DNA of 64,000 nucleotides from Clostridia bacterium (GTDB lineage Bacteria; Bacillota; Clostridia; Christensenellales; Borkfalkiaceae), in contig JAFURH010000037.1 in assembly GCA_017471945.1 (NCBI GenBank), forward strand, positions 3,334 to 67,333, in the 5' to 3' direction. The position numbers and the translations under genes are program-made. Positions 11,189 to 20,611 of the stretch are shown here, piece by piece. The notes beneath the pieces were generated by a model. It made no database searches, was not told the DNA's origin, and was given only the letters and a program-made list of their open reading frames with translations. Positions within the stretch are counted from its first letter, which is position 1, and each line of letters starts with the position of its first letter.

Positions 11189-12472
11189 ATGAAAACATTG
11201 AAAGCGGCGCTCGTAGGCGCGGGAAAAAGAGGTAAAATTTATTGCAATTACGCGTTGTATACGGAGGGTAAAGAACTTGAAATCGTCGCGGTGGTCGATC
11301 CGTTGAAATTTACGCTTGACGAAGCAGCGGAAAAATACGGCGTAAAAGAGGAAAACAGATTTTCCAGCATTGAAGAATTCGTTGCGAAAAAAATCGAGTG
11401 TGATTTCGTCGTAAACGCAACGATGGACGAAATTCATTACGAAACGGCAATGAAACTCATCAACGCGGGCTATAACTTGATTTTAGAAAAGCCGCTCACC
11501 GCAAAAAAAGCAGAGCTTTTGGAGATCGAACGCGCGGCAAAAGAAAAAGGGGTAAAAATTCTCGTTTGTCACGTGTTGCGGTATACTCCGTTTTATCGCG
11601 CGATAAAAAAAGTCATCAACGAAGGCAAGATCGGTAAAGTAATGAGTATGGAAATGCACGAGCACGTTGGGAAATATCATTTCTTGAATTCGTTCGTTCG
11701 TGGAAAATGGCATAGCGAGCAGGAGTGTGGTTCGGGATTGTTGCTCGCAAAGTGCTGTCACGATACCGACCTTATGTGTTGGTTGAACGGAGAAACTGTA
11801 CCCGAAAAAGTTTCGAGCTTCGGTTCGCGTTCGCATTTCATAAAAGAGAACGCGCCTGCGGATGCGACGGAATATTGCTATAACTGTCCGCACGTGAAAA
11901 CCTGTATATATTCGTCGCAGAAAACGAATTTGGAGTGCGATTGGATGTCGTATCAAACGTGGCAAAGAATAGGCAAGCCGCTTGACAGTATCACCTACGA
12001 AGAAAAAGTGGAATTTTTAAAACACGATACTTACGGTAAGTGCGCGTATAATTCGGGTGGAGATATCGTAGACCGTCAAAACGTCAGCGTGGAATTTGCA
12101 AACGGTTCGATTGCGAGCTTGACGATGATCGGCGGTTGCTCGAAAGAGGATAGATTTATCCATATCGTAGGCACGGAAGGGGAGATCAAAGGCTTTTGGG
12201 GTGAAAATAAATTTGAAGTTCTCCGCTTTCAATGGAGCGAAGGTTTATACGAACCGACGAAAGAAATTATCGACGTATCGCAAAACATCGTCAATAAAGG
12301 CGGGCACGGCGGCGGAGACTACGCTTTGATGCAAGACGCAGTGCGTTTCTTTGCGGGCGAAGGAGAGTCTGTGTCGGTCACGAAGATCGAGGATTCCATT
12401 AACGGGCATTTGATCGTATACGCAGCGGAGGAAAGCCGCAAGACGGGTAAGATCGTCAAAATAGAAAAATAA
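11189..12472 (+). CDS. Gfo/Idh/MocA-family oxidoreductase
   Basis: N-terminal dinucleotide fold KAALVGAGKRGKIY and the EKPL motif (LILEKPLTAKK). AAAGGAG ribosome-binding site. Confidence 0.8.
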   Translation: MKTLKAALVGAGKRGKIYCNYALYTEGKELEIVAVVDPLKFTLDEAAEKYGVKEENRFSSIEEFVAKKIECDFVVNATMDEIHYETAMKLINAGYNLILEKPLTAKKAELLEIERAAKEKGVKILVCHVLRYTPFYRAIKKVINEGKIGKVMSMEMHEHVGKYHFLNSFVRGKWHSEQECGSGLLLAKCCHDTDLMCWLNGETVPEKVSSFGSRSHFIKENAPADATEYCYNCPHVKTCIYSSQKTNLECDWMSYQTWQRIGKPLDSITYEEKVEFLKHDTYGKCAYNSGGDIVDRQNVSVEFANGSIASLTMIGGCSKEDRFIHIVGTEGEIKGFWGENKFEVLRFQWSEGLYEPTKEIIDVSQNIVNKGGHGGGDYALMQDAVRFFAGEGESVSVTKIEDSINGHLIVYAAEESRKTGKIVKIEK

Positions 12473-12491
12473 AGCTAACGAAGTGTTAAAG

Positions 12492-12532
12492 AATCGCTAT
12501 AATCCTTTAAATAAAGGCTTGTAGCGATTTTT
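12492..12532 (+). terminator. Rho-independent terminator of the oxidoreductase gene
   Basis: About 16 paired positions, aatcgctataatccttt / aaaggcttgtagcgatt (one mismatch, one G-T), 4-nt loop, followed by a T run. Confidence 0.7.
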
Positions 12533-12650
12533 AAAATTGAACGGAAGGGTTGTTGAGCCGTACGCCTCAATTGAACTAAATACCGAGAAAAAGAGGATTT
12601 ATTTCAAAATTTGATATGCAGTAACCAAAGGAAAATTCAAAAAACAAGCA

Positions 12651-12688
12651 AAAACCCCGTGAAAATCAAACGATTTTCACGGGGTTTT
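12651..12688 (-). terminator. Perfect 17-bp hairpin immediately downstream (minus strand) of the tRNA/tmRNA-like 3' fragment
   Basis: aaaaccccgtgaaaatc / gattttcacggggtttt with a 4-nt loop. On the minus strand it follows ...CCTCGACCA directly and is followed by TTTTTGCTTGTTTTTT. Confidence 0.65.
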
Positions 12689-12749
12689 GGTCGAGGCGAC
12701 GGGGATCGAACCTACTTCGGAAATCGCTGAACGCCTTTAAAATTAAGAG
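12685..12749 (-). repeat. Direct repeat copy 1: orphan 3' fragment (T-arm, acceptor 3' strand, CCA) of a tRNA/tmRNA-like gene; putative att site
   Basis: The minus strand reads ...GGCGTTCAGCGATTTCCGAAGTAGGTTCGATCCCCGTCGCCTCGACCA. 61/65 identical to 59735..59799 in the same orientation; mismatches at 12713, 12728, 12744, 12748. Confidence 0.75.
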
Positions 12750-12762
12750 ATTTTGAGTATAT

Positions 12763-12801
12763 TGCCCCAATTTTGCCCTAAATTATATTACAAAATAAAC
12801 C
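12763..12801. promoter_or_regulatory. Candidate integrase arm-type site block (TGCCCCAA n3 TGCCCTAAA ... AATAAACC)
   Basis: TGCCCCAA at 12763-12770, TGCCCTAAA at 12774-12782, AATAAACC at 12794-12801. A homologous block lies at 59622-59656, just after the integrase stop codon. Confidence 0.4.
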
Positions 12802-12836
12802 ACCGAATTTGCGTCTGTTCATCTTACTTTTTACAT

Positions 12837-12865
12837 AAGGATTTGGCTCGTCCAAGTCCTTTTTT
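12837..12865 (+). terminator. Terminator-like hairpin in a non-coding AT-rich spacer
   Basis: 10-bp stem aaggatttgg / ccaagtcctt (one G-T), 5-nt loop, T run. No ORF upstream on the + strand. Confidence 0.35.
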
Positions 12866-13091
12866 CTTGCTTTTCTATGAACTCGAAGCCCTTTAAAAAG
12901 ACTAAGATGCTTTTATTTCTTTAGGTTTCAGCCTTCCAACCCCCAAGATTTGCACCCAAACGAATAAAATAACAAAGCAAAAGTATAAATTTTTTCGGCA
13001 ATACTAAAATCTAAGCACCGCAGGCGCGCTCACAAAAGTCAAGACGTCGTTTAATGCTCTCAAGTTATTTAAAATTCTTATAATCGACGTT

Positions 13092-13943
13092 TTAAAACCC
13101 GAAATTTTTATGCGTTTTACGATACTGTAAAGGGGAAAGTCCTGTGCGTTCTCGAAAGACTTTGATAAAATAGGTATAAGAGGAAAAACCCGTTTTTTCT
13201 GCGATTGCCGTCACGTTTAACATAGTGGTAGTTAAATAGTTTTTTGCCATATGCAGGCGATATTGTGTGAGATATTCGTGTAAAGTTTGTTTTGTGTGTA
13301 TTTTCATTAAACGATTAAGATGATAGGAATGATAATTGAACTGCTCGGCAATCGTGCTGTTGTCCAATTCTGCGTTTTGGTAGTTATTTCGAATAAATTC
13401 CTGAACGCTTTGGATGAGTTTATAATCGGGTTTTTCGCTGGGATATTCACGCAGAAGTTCTAAAAGAGCAAGTTTTAAATAGGCAGATGCGGAATGTTTG
13501 TAATAGGAAACTTTGTGTAAAAAGAGTTGAATACAGGTTGACACGTATCCTTGACAATGTATACCGTTTTTTTCTATCAGTATTTGGGAAAATTCTTGCG
13601 GTAGCGGATAGTTTGGGAAAATTTCTTTTTTAAAGGTGCTTTCCGTTGCCGTGCCTAACGAGTGAGATTGTTTGTGAAATTCGTCCGTCAAATCAAAGTT
13701 CAAAACGTGAATTTTAACGGCTTTTTCGTCGGAAAAGCGAAAATGATAGTGTGTTTTGGGAGGCAAAAAGAGTAAAGCTCCTTTGGAAAAGGAAAAACTT
13801 TGACCGTTTGCAAAAAATAAGCCGTCGCCTTGTACGATATAAAATAAACGACAGTCATAACAAACACTGTTTTCTTTTTTTGGATAATAAGCTTCGTGCG
13901 TGCGCGCGTATCGAATAAAAGGATTTACTTGTACAATTTCCAT
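13092..13943 (-). CDS. AraC-family transcriptional regulator (cupin-like N-domain plus C-terminal HTH)
   Basis: C-terminal AraC signature IAEKTGFSSYTYFIKVFRERTGLSPLQYRK. GGAGAG ribosome-binding site before the ATG. Divergent from the operon starting at 14089. Confidence 0.85.
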   Translation of the reverse strand: MEIVQVNPFIRYARTHEAYYPKKENSVCYDCRLFYIVQGDGLFFANGQSFSFSKGALLFLPPKTHYHFRFSDEKAVKIHVLNFDLTDEFHKQSHSLGTATESTFKKEIFPNYPLPQEFSQILIEKNGIHCQGYVSTCIQLFLHKVSYYKHSASAYLKLALLELLREYPSEKPDYKLIQSVQEFIRNNYQNAELDNSTIAEQFNYHSYHLNRLMKIHTKQTLHEYLTQYRLHMAKNYLTTTMLNVTAIAEKTGFSSYTYFIKVFRERTGLSPLQYRKTHKNFGF

Positions 13944-14088
13944 AAAACTCTCCTTATGTGTTTATTATAACACAACAGGATAATTTGCGCAAGTAAATAT
14001 TTGTTTTATTATGTTTTTTTGTTTGTTGAATAATATATTTTTTCTTTTGATTTCTTTATAATAATACAAAAAGAGGAAAGGAGATCGT

Positions 14089-15102
14089 ATGCTTTTTTCG
14101 GTTGGCTATGGCGTAAAATCGGATAATCGTTTGGTGGAAGGAATTATTGCCTTAAAGCAAGGAATTCACGAGGTCTATTTTTCTTGGGGCAAAACGCCGA
14201 GCGGACGAAACGACCAAACCCGTAGCGAAGGGCTTACGCAGTGGGAAGCGCAGCAAAAACAAATCGAAGATTTGAAGATTTTGTATAAAGAGGGATTGAA
14301 ATTTAATCTTCTCTTCAACGCGAATTGCTACGGCGATAAGGCGCAAGCGCGTTCGTTTTTTTCGGAAATCGGTGAAACGGTGGAGTACGTGGGAGGAAAT
14401 TTTTCTCTTTCTTCCCTCACGACGACTTCGCCTTTGATAGCAAAATTTATCAAACAAAATTTCCCTGAAATAGACGTGCGCTCTTCCGTGAACATGGGAA
14501 TCGGCAGTATTCTTGGAATGGAATACGTAGCGGACGTATTTGATAGTTTCTATGTGAAACGGGAATTAAACCGCGATTTTAACGCCTTAAAAAGCCTGCG
14601 GAAATGGTGCGACGAAAACGGCAAACAGATGTATTTGCTTGCCAACAGCGGCTGCTTAAACGACTGTTCGGCGCATACTTTTCATGATAATTTGGTGGCG
14701 CACGAAGACGGCGCGTCAAAAATGGATAACGGGTATCAATTCACGGGCGTATGCAAAGCGTATTTGTCGCAAGAAAAGAATAGGCACGTGCTTTTGGACG
14801 GCACGAATTATATCCGTCCCGAAGATACGGAGCTGTACGAAGGGCTTGTGCCTGCTATGAAGTTGGCTACGCGTGTGCATGAAAATCCGTCGAGAGTATT
14901 AAGAGCCTATATTGAACGGAAAAAATTCGTTGGCAACACGGCGAGCTTATTAGAGCCAAACCACGCAGGTACGATTTATCCTTACGTACTTGAAAACGGC
15001 AAAATCGAAAGAAAAATAGAAAACGGAAAACTTATATACGCGAACGGAGAAAACGCGTTCGTGAAATTGGAGGAGAACTATGCTTACCAGCAAAATGATT
15101 AA
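14089..15102 (+). CDS. Divergent peptidase-U32-like (TIM-barrel) protein
   Basis: The layout resembles U32 proteins: EVYFSW early on, then VKRELNRDFNALKSL, then LLANSGCLNDCSAHTFH where U32 proteins carry their Cys-rich signature. The assignment is tentative. Confidence 0.45.
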   Translation: MLFSVGYGVKSDNRLVEGIIALKQGIHEVYFSWGKTPSGRNDQTRSEGLTQWEAQQKQIEDLKILYKEGLKFNLLFNANCYGDKAQARSFFSEIGETVEYVGGNFSLSSLTTTSPLIAKFIKQNFPEIDVRSSVNMGIGSILGMEYVADVFDSFYVKRELNRDFNALKSLRKWCDENGKQMYLLANSGCLNDCSAHTFHDNLVAHEDGASKMDNGYQFTGVCKAYLSQEKNRHVLLDGTNYIRPEDTELYEGLVPAMKLATRVHENPSRVLRAYIERKKFVGNTASLLEPNHAGTIYPYVLENGKIERKIENGKLIYANGENAFVKLEENYAYQQND

Positions 15103-16162
15103 ACAAGCAGCTTTTGAAGCAGGTGCAGACCTTTGCGGTATCGGACCTATGTCCCGATTTAACGGTGCGCCTGACGTGATGAATCCACAGTTCTTGTTCC
15201 CGCAGGCAAAGAGCTGTATCGCAATGGCGTTTCGTATTCCGCGCGGAGTACAAAGAGGCATTGAAGAAGGTACGCAATTTTATCAGTACCCGTCTATGGC
15301 GTACGGCGGTATCAACGAAATTCACGCGCCTGCGGTTTTGTATCACGTAGGAAAGGTGATAGAGGACGAAGGCTACGAAGCGTTCGTGTATCGTAATACG
15401 GGTGCGCGAGGCGCAGTATCGGATATGGACGGTTCGCCCGGAAATACTCTTTCCCCCGAAGAACAAATCGAAATCAGTAAACACGCGAAAGGCAAAACGG
15501 CGCATCATAGAAGCGTTCAATATACCCGTGCGGTGGAAGAGGGTAAGCAACCCCCCGATTTGCAATTTCAATTCCGTTTAGCGGCGGTCGCTTGCGGTCT
15601 TGGCGAAATCGGTTGGAGTAAAATGCTCTTAACCCCCGAATTTGGACCTTTGCAGCGTGTGGCGTTTATTTTCACGGACGCGGAGCTTGAATACGACGAA
15701 ATGTATTCGGGTAAACCCCTTTGCAGAAGATGCGGAGCTTGCGTAAGAGAATGTCCCGGCGGCTGTATTCCCGCAATTAAATCGGGCAAGACGATTACGG
15801 TTGATTTAGCGGGCAAGAAGTGCGAATGGGGGGATATCGATATGTGGCGTTGTTATGCGTTCTACACGCACGGCGGCAGATATTATAATCCTTTCGTACC
15901 CAAAGAAGTATTCGACAAAAACGAAAACGGTATGCTCGATTTGTTAGAGGGCGTGACGGACGTTGCCAACAAAAAGGAAGTTATGAAAGTTTACACCGCG
16001 CTTGAAAAATATTTCCCGAGCTGGGTGGGCTATAATATGGCGAAATGTGGCGGCTGTATCCGCGCTTGCGTGAGTATGCTCGAAAAGAAAGGCGGGTGTA
16101 TGGAAGGCAGGTTCGAAAACCCGTTGCGCCACGAAATGAAAGCGTGGAAGATGGATAGATGA
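15080..16162 (+). CDS. QueG/RdhA-superfamily-like [4Fe-4S] protein, paralog 1
   Basis: N-terminus MIKQAAFEAGADLCGIG is typical of epoxyqueuosine-reductase-like proteins. CRRCGACVRECP at 15722-15757. Distal WRC ... CGGCIRAC cysteines. Overlaps the upstream gene by 23 nt. Confidence 0.65.
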   Translation: MLTSKMIKQAAFEAGADLCGIGPMSRFNGAPDVMNPQFLFPQAKSCIAMAFRIPRGVQRGIEEGTQFYQYPSMAYGGINEIHAPAVLYHVGKVIEDEGYEAFVYRNTGARGAVSDMDGSPGNTLSPEEQIEISKHAKGKTAHHRSVQYTRAVEEGKQPPDLQFQFRLAAVACGLGEIGWSKMLLTPEFGPLQRVAFIFTDAELEYDEMYSGKPLCRRCGACVRECPGGCIPAIKSGKTITVDLAGKKCEWGDIDMWRCYAFYTHGGRYYNPFVPKEVFDKNENGMLDLLEGVTDVANKKEVMKVYTALEKYFPSWVGYNMAKCGGCIRACVSMLEKKGGCMEGRFENPLRHEMKAWKMDR

Positions 16163-16509
16163 TAGAAATCAAGGAAAACCCGAAAAACGGCAACGGCTTT
16201 GATACGGTACATAACTTTGAGGGCTGGAAGGTTGCGTTTATCACATGCGCCGAGCAGTACGGCGAATTAAAGGCTGTTAAACGGCACACACAAACGGACG
16301 AAGCGTTTCTGCTCGTCAAAGGCAAAGCGACGCTTTTTACTGCCGACGGCGCCGAGCCGTTAAGGGAAACGGCGTTGGAAAAAGAAAAATTATATATCGT
16401 AAAGAAAAACACATGGCATCACTTGCAGGTGAGCGAGGACGCGCTGTTGATTGTTGTGGAAAACAGCAATACGAGTAAGGACAATACGGAAAGCCGAATG
16501 GTAGGATAG
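16159..16509 (+). CDS. Small cupin-like protein
   Basis: 116 aa. ATGA overlap with the upstream gene. H-rich beta-barrel-like motifs (KRHTQTDEAFLLVKGKA ... TWHHLQV). Confidence 0.5.
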   Translation: MIEIKENPKNGNGFDTVHNFEGWKVAFITCAEQYGELKAVKRHTQTDEAFLLVKGKATLFTADGAEPLRETALEKEKLYIVKKNTWHHLQVSEDALLIVVENSNTSKDNTESRMVG

Positions 16510-16521
16510 TGAGGTAAGTAT

Positions 16522-17433
16522 ATGTTTCTGATCTACGGCGTGACGATTTTATGCGCTGGTGTAAGGTCGATTTTGACCAAGCAAAACGGAAAGATAAACG
16601 GAAGCGCGTCGTTGTTCAATTTTATGAGAGCGTTTAGCGCGTTCTTGTTGTTTGGAATTCTTGCGCTCGTCAGCGGATTTCAAATGCATTATCCAACTTG
16701 TCTTTACGGCGCGGCATATGGAATTTTGTTCTTTGGGTCTTGTTTTTGCGGGTTTCGCGCTATGCAGCGAGGACCTTTGGGAATTACCTCGTCGCTCGTT
16801 GCGTTTTCCCTTGTAATCCCGTGCGTATACGGCGCGGTGTTTTTAGAGGAAAAGATAGGACTTTTCGATATCGTCGGGTTCGTCTTGGTCGCCGTATCGA
16901 TTGTTATGATGAACAAGAAAAAGCACGCGACTTCTCATCACGGAACGTCTTCTTATCACGAGGACGTGAAAAAAGGTGATAACGAACCGAAATTCAAAAA
17001 AGGTTGGTGGATATACGTACTCGGTACGATCGTTTGCGACGGACTTCACGCCACCCTCAAAACTTTGCACCAAACGAGTTATCCCGGAATGTACCGTTAT
17101 GAATTTATGTGCGTAGGTATGCTTGTCGGCTCGGTAGCATTTATCTTTTTGATGTTTAAAAATCGGCATATCATTAAAGAGAGAGGAAAAGAACGAGGGA
17201 TAAAATGCACCGTTTACGGCGTGATTGCGGGTGTGGCGAACGGTGTGTATAATTACCTTGTTTTATATTTGGCGGGTAGCGAGAGCGCGATGGCGCTGTT
17301 CCCGATCGTTTCGGTGGCAACGATTGCCATAGGATTGCTTTCGGGGTGGATTATATTTAAGGAACGCTTAAATATAATGCAAATTGTCGGCGTATTGATT
17401 GCCGCAATTGCGATATTCTTTATAAAAATATAA
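16522..17433 (+). CDS. DMT/EamA-like 10-TM transporter
   Basis: Two hydrophobic halves separated by a charged loop (NKKKHATSHHGTSSYHEDVKKGD). GTGAGG ribosome-binding site. Similar to 21164..21976. Confidence 0.7.
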   Translation: MFLIYGVTILCAGVRSILTKQNGKINGSASLFNFMRAFSAFLLFGILALVSGFQMHYPTCLYGAAYGILFFGSCFCGFRAMQRGPLGITSSLVAFSLVIPCVYGAVFLEEKIGLFDIVGFVLVAVSIVMMNKKKHATSHHGTSSYHEDVKKGDNEPKFKKGWWIYVLGTIVCDGLHATLKTLHQTSYPGMYRYEFMCVGMLVGSVAFIFLMFKNRHIIKERGKERGIKCTVYGVIAGVANGVYNYLVLYLAGSESAMALFPIVSVATIAIGLLSGWIIFKERLNIMQIVGVLIAAIAIFFIKI

Positions 17434-17465
17434 AAAATAAAAATTACAATAGAGGAGAAACAAGA

Positions 17466-18371
17466 ATGATAACGGCTGCAATGATAAAAGAAAAAGCTAA
17501 AGAGCTTGGCGCGGGCGTATGCGGTATCGGCGATATTAAATATTTTATCGGCGACGATCCGCAACGTAATCCTTTGTCGATTTTGCCCAATGCGACTTGC
17601 GTAATTGGCTTCGGGCTTCCCGTTCCCAAAGGACTTTATATGGCAATGGAAGAACAAAGACAATATTTCAATTATACCAATCTCGCGGTGAAATACACCG
17701 ACGAAAGCTTTGCGGAAATCTTCCTTTTAAAGATGGGCGCAATGATCGAAGACGCAGGCTACGACGCTTGCTTGCAAAGATTTGTGCCTGGCTTTAAGGT
17801 GAAAGGGGATAAAAGCACCAACCCCGAAGTTTCCCGTATTTACGAATTAGAGTTCGCTTCGCCCGTAGCGGAAGGCAAACCCGTTCCGGACGTGATTATC
17901 GACTATAATAAAGCGGCGGTAGTTTGCGGCTTAGGTAGCGTAGGCTTGCACGGCAAAGTCATTTCTCCTAAATACGGCACGTTTATGCGTTGGGTGTTTA
18001 TCATCACGGATATGCCCCTTGAATGCGATAAACCGTTCGCGGAAGAGCTTTGCGATAAATGCGGTAAGTGTTTGCAAGCTTGTCCCGGAAAAGCGATTGA
18101 CGAAAACGGCGTGGACAGTTGGCAATGTAGCGTATATTATCGCGGGGCGCATAAATCTAACCCGTTTATGACGGAAGAAACGCTCAAAGACCATCCCGAG
18201 CGCGAGGCGATTATCAACGGCGAAAAGAAATTCAGCGCGGAAGAAGCGCAAGCGATTTATCCCGAGCTTAATTTCTTGCCGAAAACGCATTTTGGCTACG
18301 TGGCTTGCCTTTGCGGGAAATCGTGTGAAACGGTGTGCTATAAACATTTAAAGGAGCAAGGAAAAATATGA
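17466..18371 (+). CDS. QueG/RdhA-superfamily-like [4Fe-4S] protein, paralog 2
   Basis: MIKEKAKELGAGVCGIG N-terminus. CDKCGKCLQACP at 18051-18086. WQC ... CGKSCETVC distal cysteines. Confidence 0.65.
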   Translation: MITAAMIKEKAKELGAGVCGIGDIKYFIGDDPQRNPLSILPNATCVIGFGLPVPKGLYMAMEEQRQYFNYTNLAVKYTDESFAEIFLLKMGAMIEDAGYDACLQRFVPGFKVKGDKSTNPEVSRIYELEFASPVAEGKPVPDVIIDYNKAAVVCGLGSVGLHGKVISPKYGTFMRWVFIITDMPLECDKPFAEELCDKCGKCLQACPGKAIDENGVDSWQCSVYYRGAHKSNPFMTEETLKDHPEREAIINGEKKFSAEEAQAIYPELNFLPKTHFGYVACLCGKSCETVCYKHLKEQGKI

Positions 18372-19336
18372 GAAACCAAATTATAGAACTTGCAAAAAAA
18401 TGCGACGCAGATATCGTGGGTTTCGCACCTGCAAGTCGCTTTGATAAAAACGACCCTGTATTTAAAATTTATCCGAATACGAAAACGGTAATCGGGTTAG
18501 GCTTCCGTATTTTGCGCGGAATTTATCGCGGTGTGGAAGAAGGCACTACTTATTATCAATATACCACGATGGGCGTGGAAAACTTGGAAGAAACGGTAAT
18601 GCCGATGGCTCTTCTTCGTGTGGCGAATTTGATTGAGGAAGAGGGGTATATTGCTCTGCCTCAACGCAAAAGCCCGCTCATTTTGAACGAAGAGGGCACG
18701 ACCAACCCCGAAGTGGACTACACCGACGTATATCACGGCGTAAAAGCAGAAAATCAGTTGGATTTCTTGAACTGCGCGGTACAATGCGGACTTGGTGAAA
18801 AGAGCAAGATAGGAAGTTTATTAACGCCCGAATACGGTCCGTTTATTCGTTATTGTTTTATTTTGACGGATATGGAATTAGAGGCTACGCCCCTTGCGCA
18901 AACAAAGCTTTGCGACGGTTGCAACGAATGTATCAAAGCGTGTCCCGGTTGCGCGATTGATGAAAACGGAAAAACGGACAGCTGGCGTTGCGCGGTGTAT
19001 TATAACGGCGCAAACGGCAGTAAGAACCCGTTTATGCCCCCCGAAGCGTTTGCGGCATTTGAACACGCAAAGAAAATGGGCATTATCAACGGTACGTTAG
19101 AGTTCGACGAAGAAGGCGCGAAAGAAATTTTGGATAATATTTTCTTCTATCCCCCTGCAAAGCATTTCTACCGTACCTCGATTTGCGGTAGGGCTTGCGA
19201 CAGAGCTTGCTATATCCATTTGGAAGAAAAAGGCTTGTTGACGAAGTCATTTAATAGACCTTTTAGAGAAAAAGAAGATTGGAAATTAAGTACCGAGCAA
19301 TTTGAAAATTTCGGAAAGGAGAAGAAAGATGAATAA
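18368..19336 (+). CDS. QueG/RdhA-superfamily-like [4Fe-4S] protein, paralog 3
   Basis: IIELAKKCDADIVGFA N-terminus. CDGCNECIKACP at 18911-18946. WRC ... CGRACDRAC distal cysteines. ATGA overlap with paralog 2. Confidence 0.65.
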   Translation: MRNQIIELAKKCDADIVGFAPASRFDKNDPVFKIYPNTKTVIGLGFRILRGIYRGVEEGTTYYQYTTMGVENLEETVMPMALLRVANLIEEEGYIALPQRKSPLILNEEGTTNPEVDYTDVYHGVKAENQLDFLNCAVQCGLGEKSKIGSLLTPEYGPFIRYCFILTDMELEATPLAQTKLCDGCNECIKACPGCAIDENGKTDSWRCAVYYNGANGSKNPFMPPEAFAAFEHAKKMGIINGTLEFDEEGAKEILDNIFFYPPAKHFYRTSICGRACDRACYIHLEEKGLLTKSFNRPFREKEDWKLSTEQFENFGKEKKDE

Positions 19337-20591
19337 AGAAAAGTTAAAAATAGTTGTAGTGGGTTGCGGAAGATTTTCGCAGTTTTTCGTACCCCTTTTC
19401 AAGGCGCATCCCGTTACCGAAAAGGTTTACGTTTGCGATTTGAAAAAGGACAGAGAAGAAGAATTCGCAAACCGTTTCGGCGTAGAGCGTTGCGAGAGCT
19501 TTGAATACGCCTTGCAGTCTAAGGATATCAATGCGGTGGCGATCTTCACCCAACGCTTTAAGCACGGGCAAATGGTTATCGACGCTTTAAAGGCGGGCAA
19601 GCACGTATATTCGGCGGTGCCTTGTGCAGTTTCCGTAGACGAAATTATCGAAATTGAAAAACTCGTAAGAAAAACCCGATTGACCTATTCTATGGGGGAA
19701 ACGGGATTCTATCGCGCCCCTGCCATTTATTGTCGTGAAGAATTCAAAAAAGGTACTTTTGGAAAATTCGTATACGCGGAAGCACAGTATAATCACGATA
19801 TTCGCAATATGGAAAACAGCTTTAAAAGTTCGGGCGGAGAAGATTGGAAACGTTTTGCGGGCGTTCCTCCTTTCTTCTATCCCACGCACTCGACGTCTAT
19901 GGTGCTCAGCACTATGCCTGGTGTATATGCGAAAAAGGTGACGGCGCTCGGCTATGCAGGCAGCCCCAGAACGGATATTTACGGACAAGAGGGACAAAAC
20001 AATTATAACAATCCTTTCGCTTGCGAAAGTATGCTGATGGAGCTTTCCAACGGCGGCGTGGTACGTATCAGCGAAAACAGATGTATTGGCTGGATGTCGC
20101 CCGAAACGTATATCACGCAATACTACGGCTCGGAAGGGGGCTACGAGTTTTCCGTCGCGCATCATCACCAAGCGGTGTGGGATCCCGCACGGGCTGGTAA
20201 GGTTATTATGAAAGATGTGTCGGATAGATTGCAACCAACCTCTATTTATAATTTGATGAAAACGAATTACGACGAAGCAATCCAAAATATTGCGGATAGC
20301 GGTGGCTTCGACGAAACGTCGCCTATCCAACCTACGGAAAGATTGCCGAAAGAATTTGAGGGTATTCCCAACAAGCACAACGGTACGCACCATTTCTTGA
20401 TTGACGATTTCTGCCGTGCGTATGAAACGGGTAAGCTTTCGCCTACGAATATTTGGGCGGTAGCAAGATATAATTTGCCTGGTCTTGTGGCACATCAATC
20501 CGCGCTTCAAGGCGGGGTAGTGATGGATGTTCCTGATTTGGGTGATCCTCCCGCTGACTGGGAAGTTCTCGATTTCCGAAAAGGTTGCTAA
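19329..20591 (+). CDS. Gfo/Idh/MocA-family oxidoreductase
   Basis: KIVVVGCGRFSQFF Rossmann N-terminus. I prefer ATG 19329, preceded by GGAGAAG, over the track start 19302. Overlaps the upstream stop by 8 nt. Confidence 0.75.
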   Translation: MNKEKLKIVVVGCGRFSQFFVPLFKAHPVTEKVYVCDLKKDREEEFANRFGVERCESFEYALQSKDINAVAIFTQRFKHGQMVIDALKAGKHVYSAVPCAVSVDEIIEIEKLVRKTRLTYSMGETGFYRAPAIYCREEFKKGTFGKFVYAEAQYNHDIRNMENSFKSSGGEDWKRFAGVPPFFYPTHSTSMVLSTMPGVYAKKVTALGYAGSPRTDIYGQEGQNNYNNPFACESMLMELSNGGVVRISENRCIGWMSPETYITQYYGSEGGYEFSVAHHHQAVWDPARAGKVIMKDVSDRLQPTSIYNLMKTNYDEAIQNIADSGGFDETSPIQPTERLPKEFEGIPNKHNGTHHFLIDDFCRAYETGKLSPTNIWAVARYNLPGLVAHQSALQGGVVMDVPDLGDPPADWEVLDFRKGC

Positions 20592-20611
20592 ACGAAATAA
20601 AACGTAATATA

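Noticed and set aside
12688-13091. A complete tmRNA (about 350-400 nt) on the minus strand starting from the CCA end at 12688
   Set aside because: No 5' acceptor strand complementary to CGCCTCG, no GG.TTCGAC-type 5' domain in register and no plausible tag-peptide reading frame ending in a stop codon. The stretch is AT-rich and unstructured by eye. The same holds for 59800-60178.
15080-19336. The three Fe-S proteins as organohalide-respiration reductive dehalogenases, or as bona fide queG
   Set aside because: No twin-arginine signal peptide and no small membrane-anchor (RdhB-like) gene. The proteins are 301-360 aa, well short of typical RdhA. Three tandem paralogs in a substrate-inducible-looking operon do not fit a housekeeping tRNA-modification gene. 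Only superfamily-level similarity is claimed.
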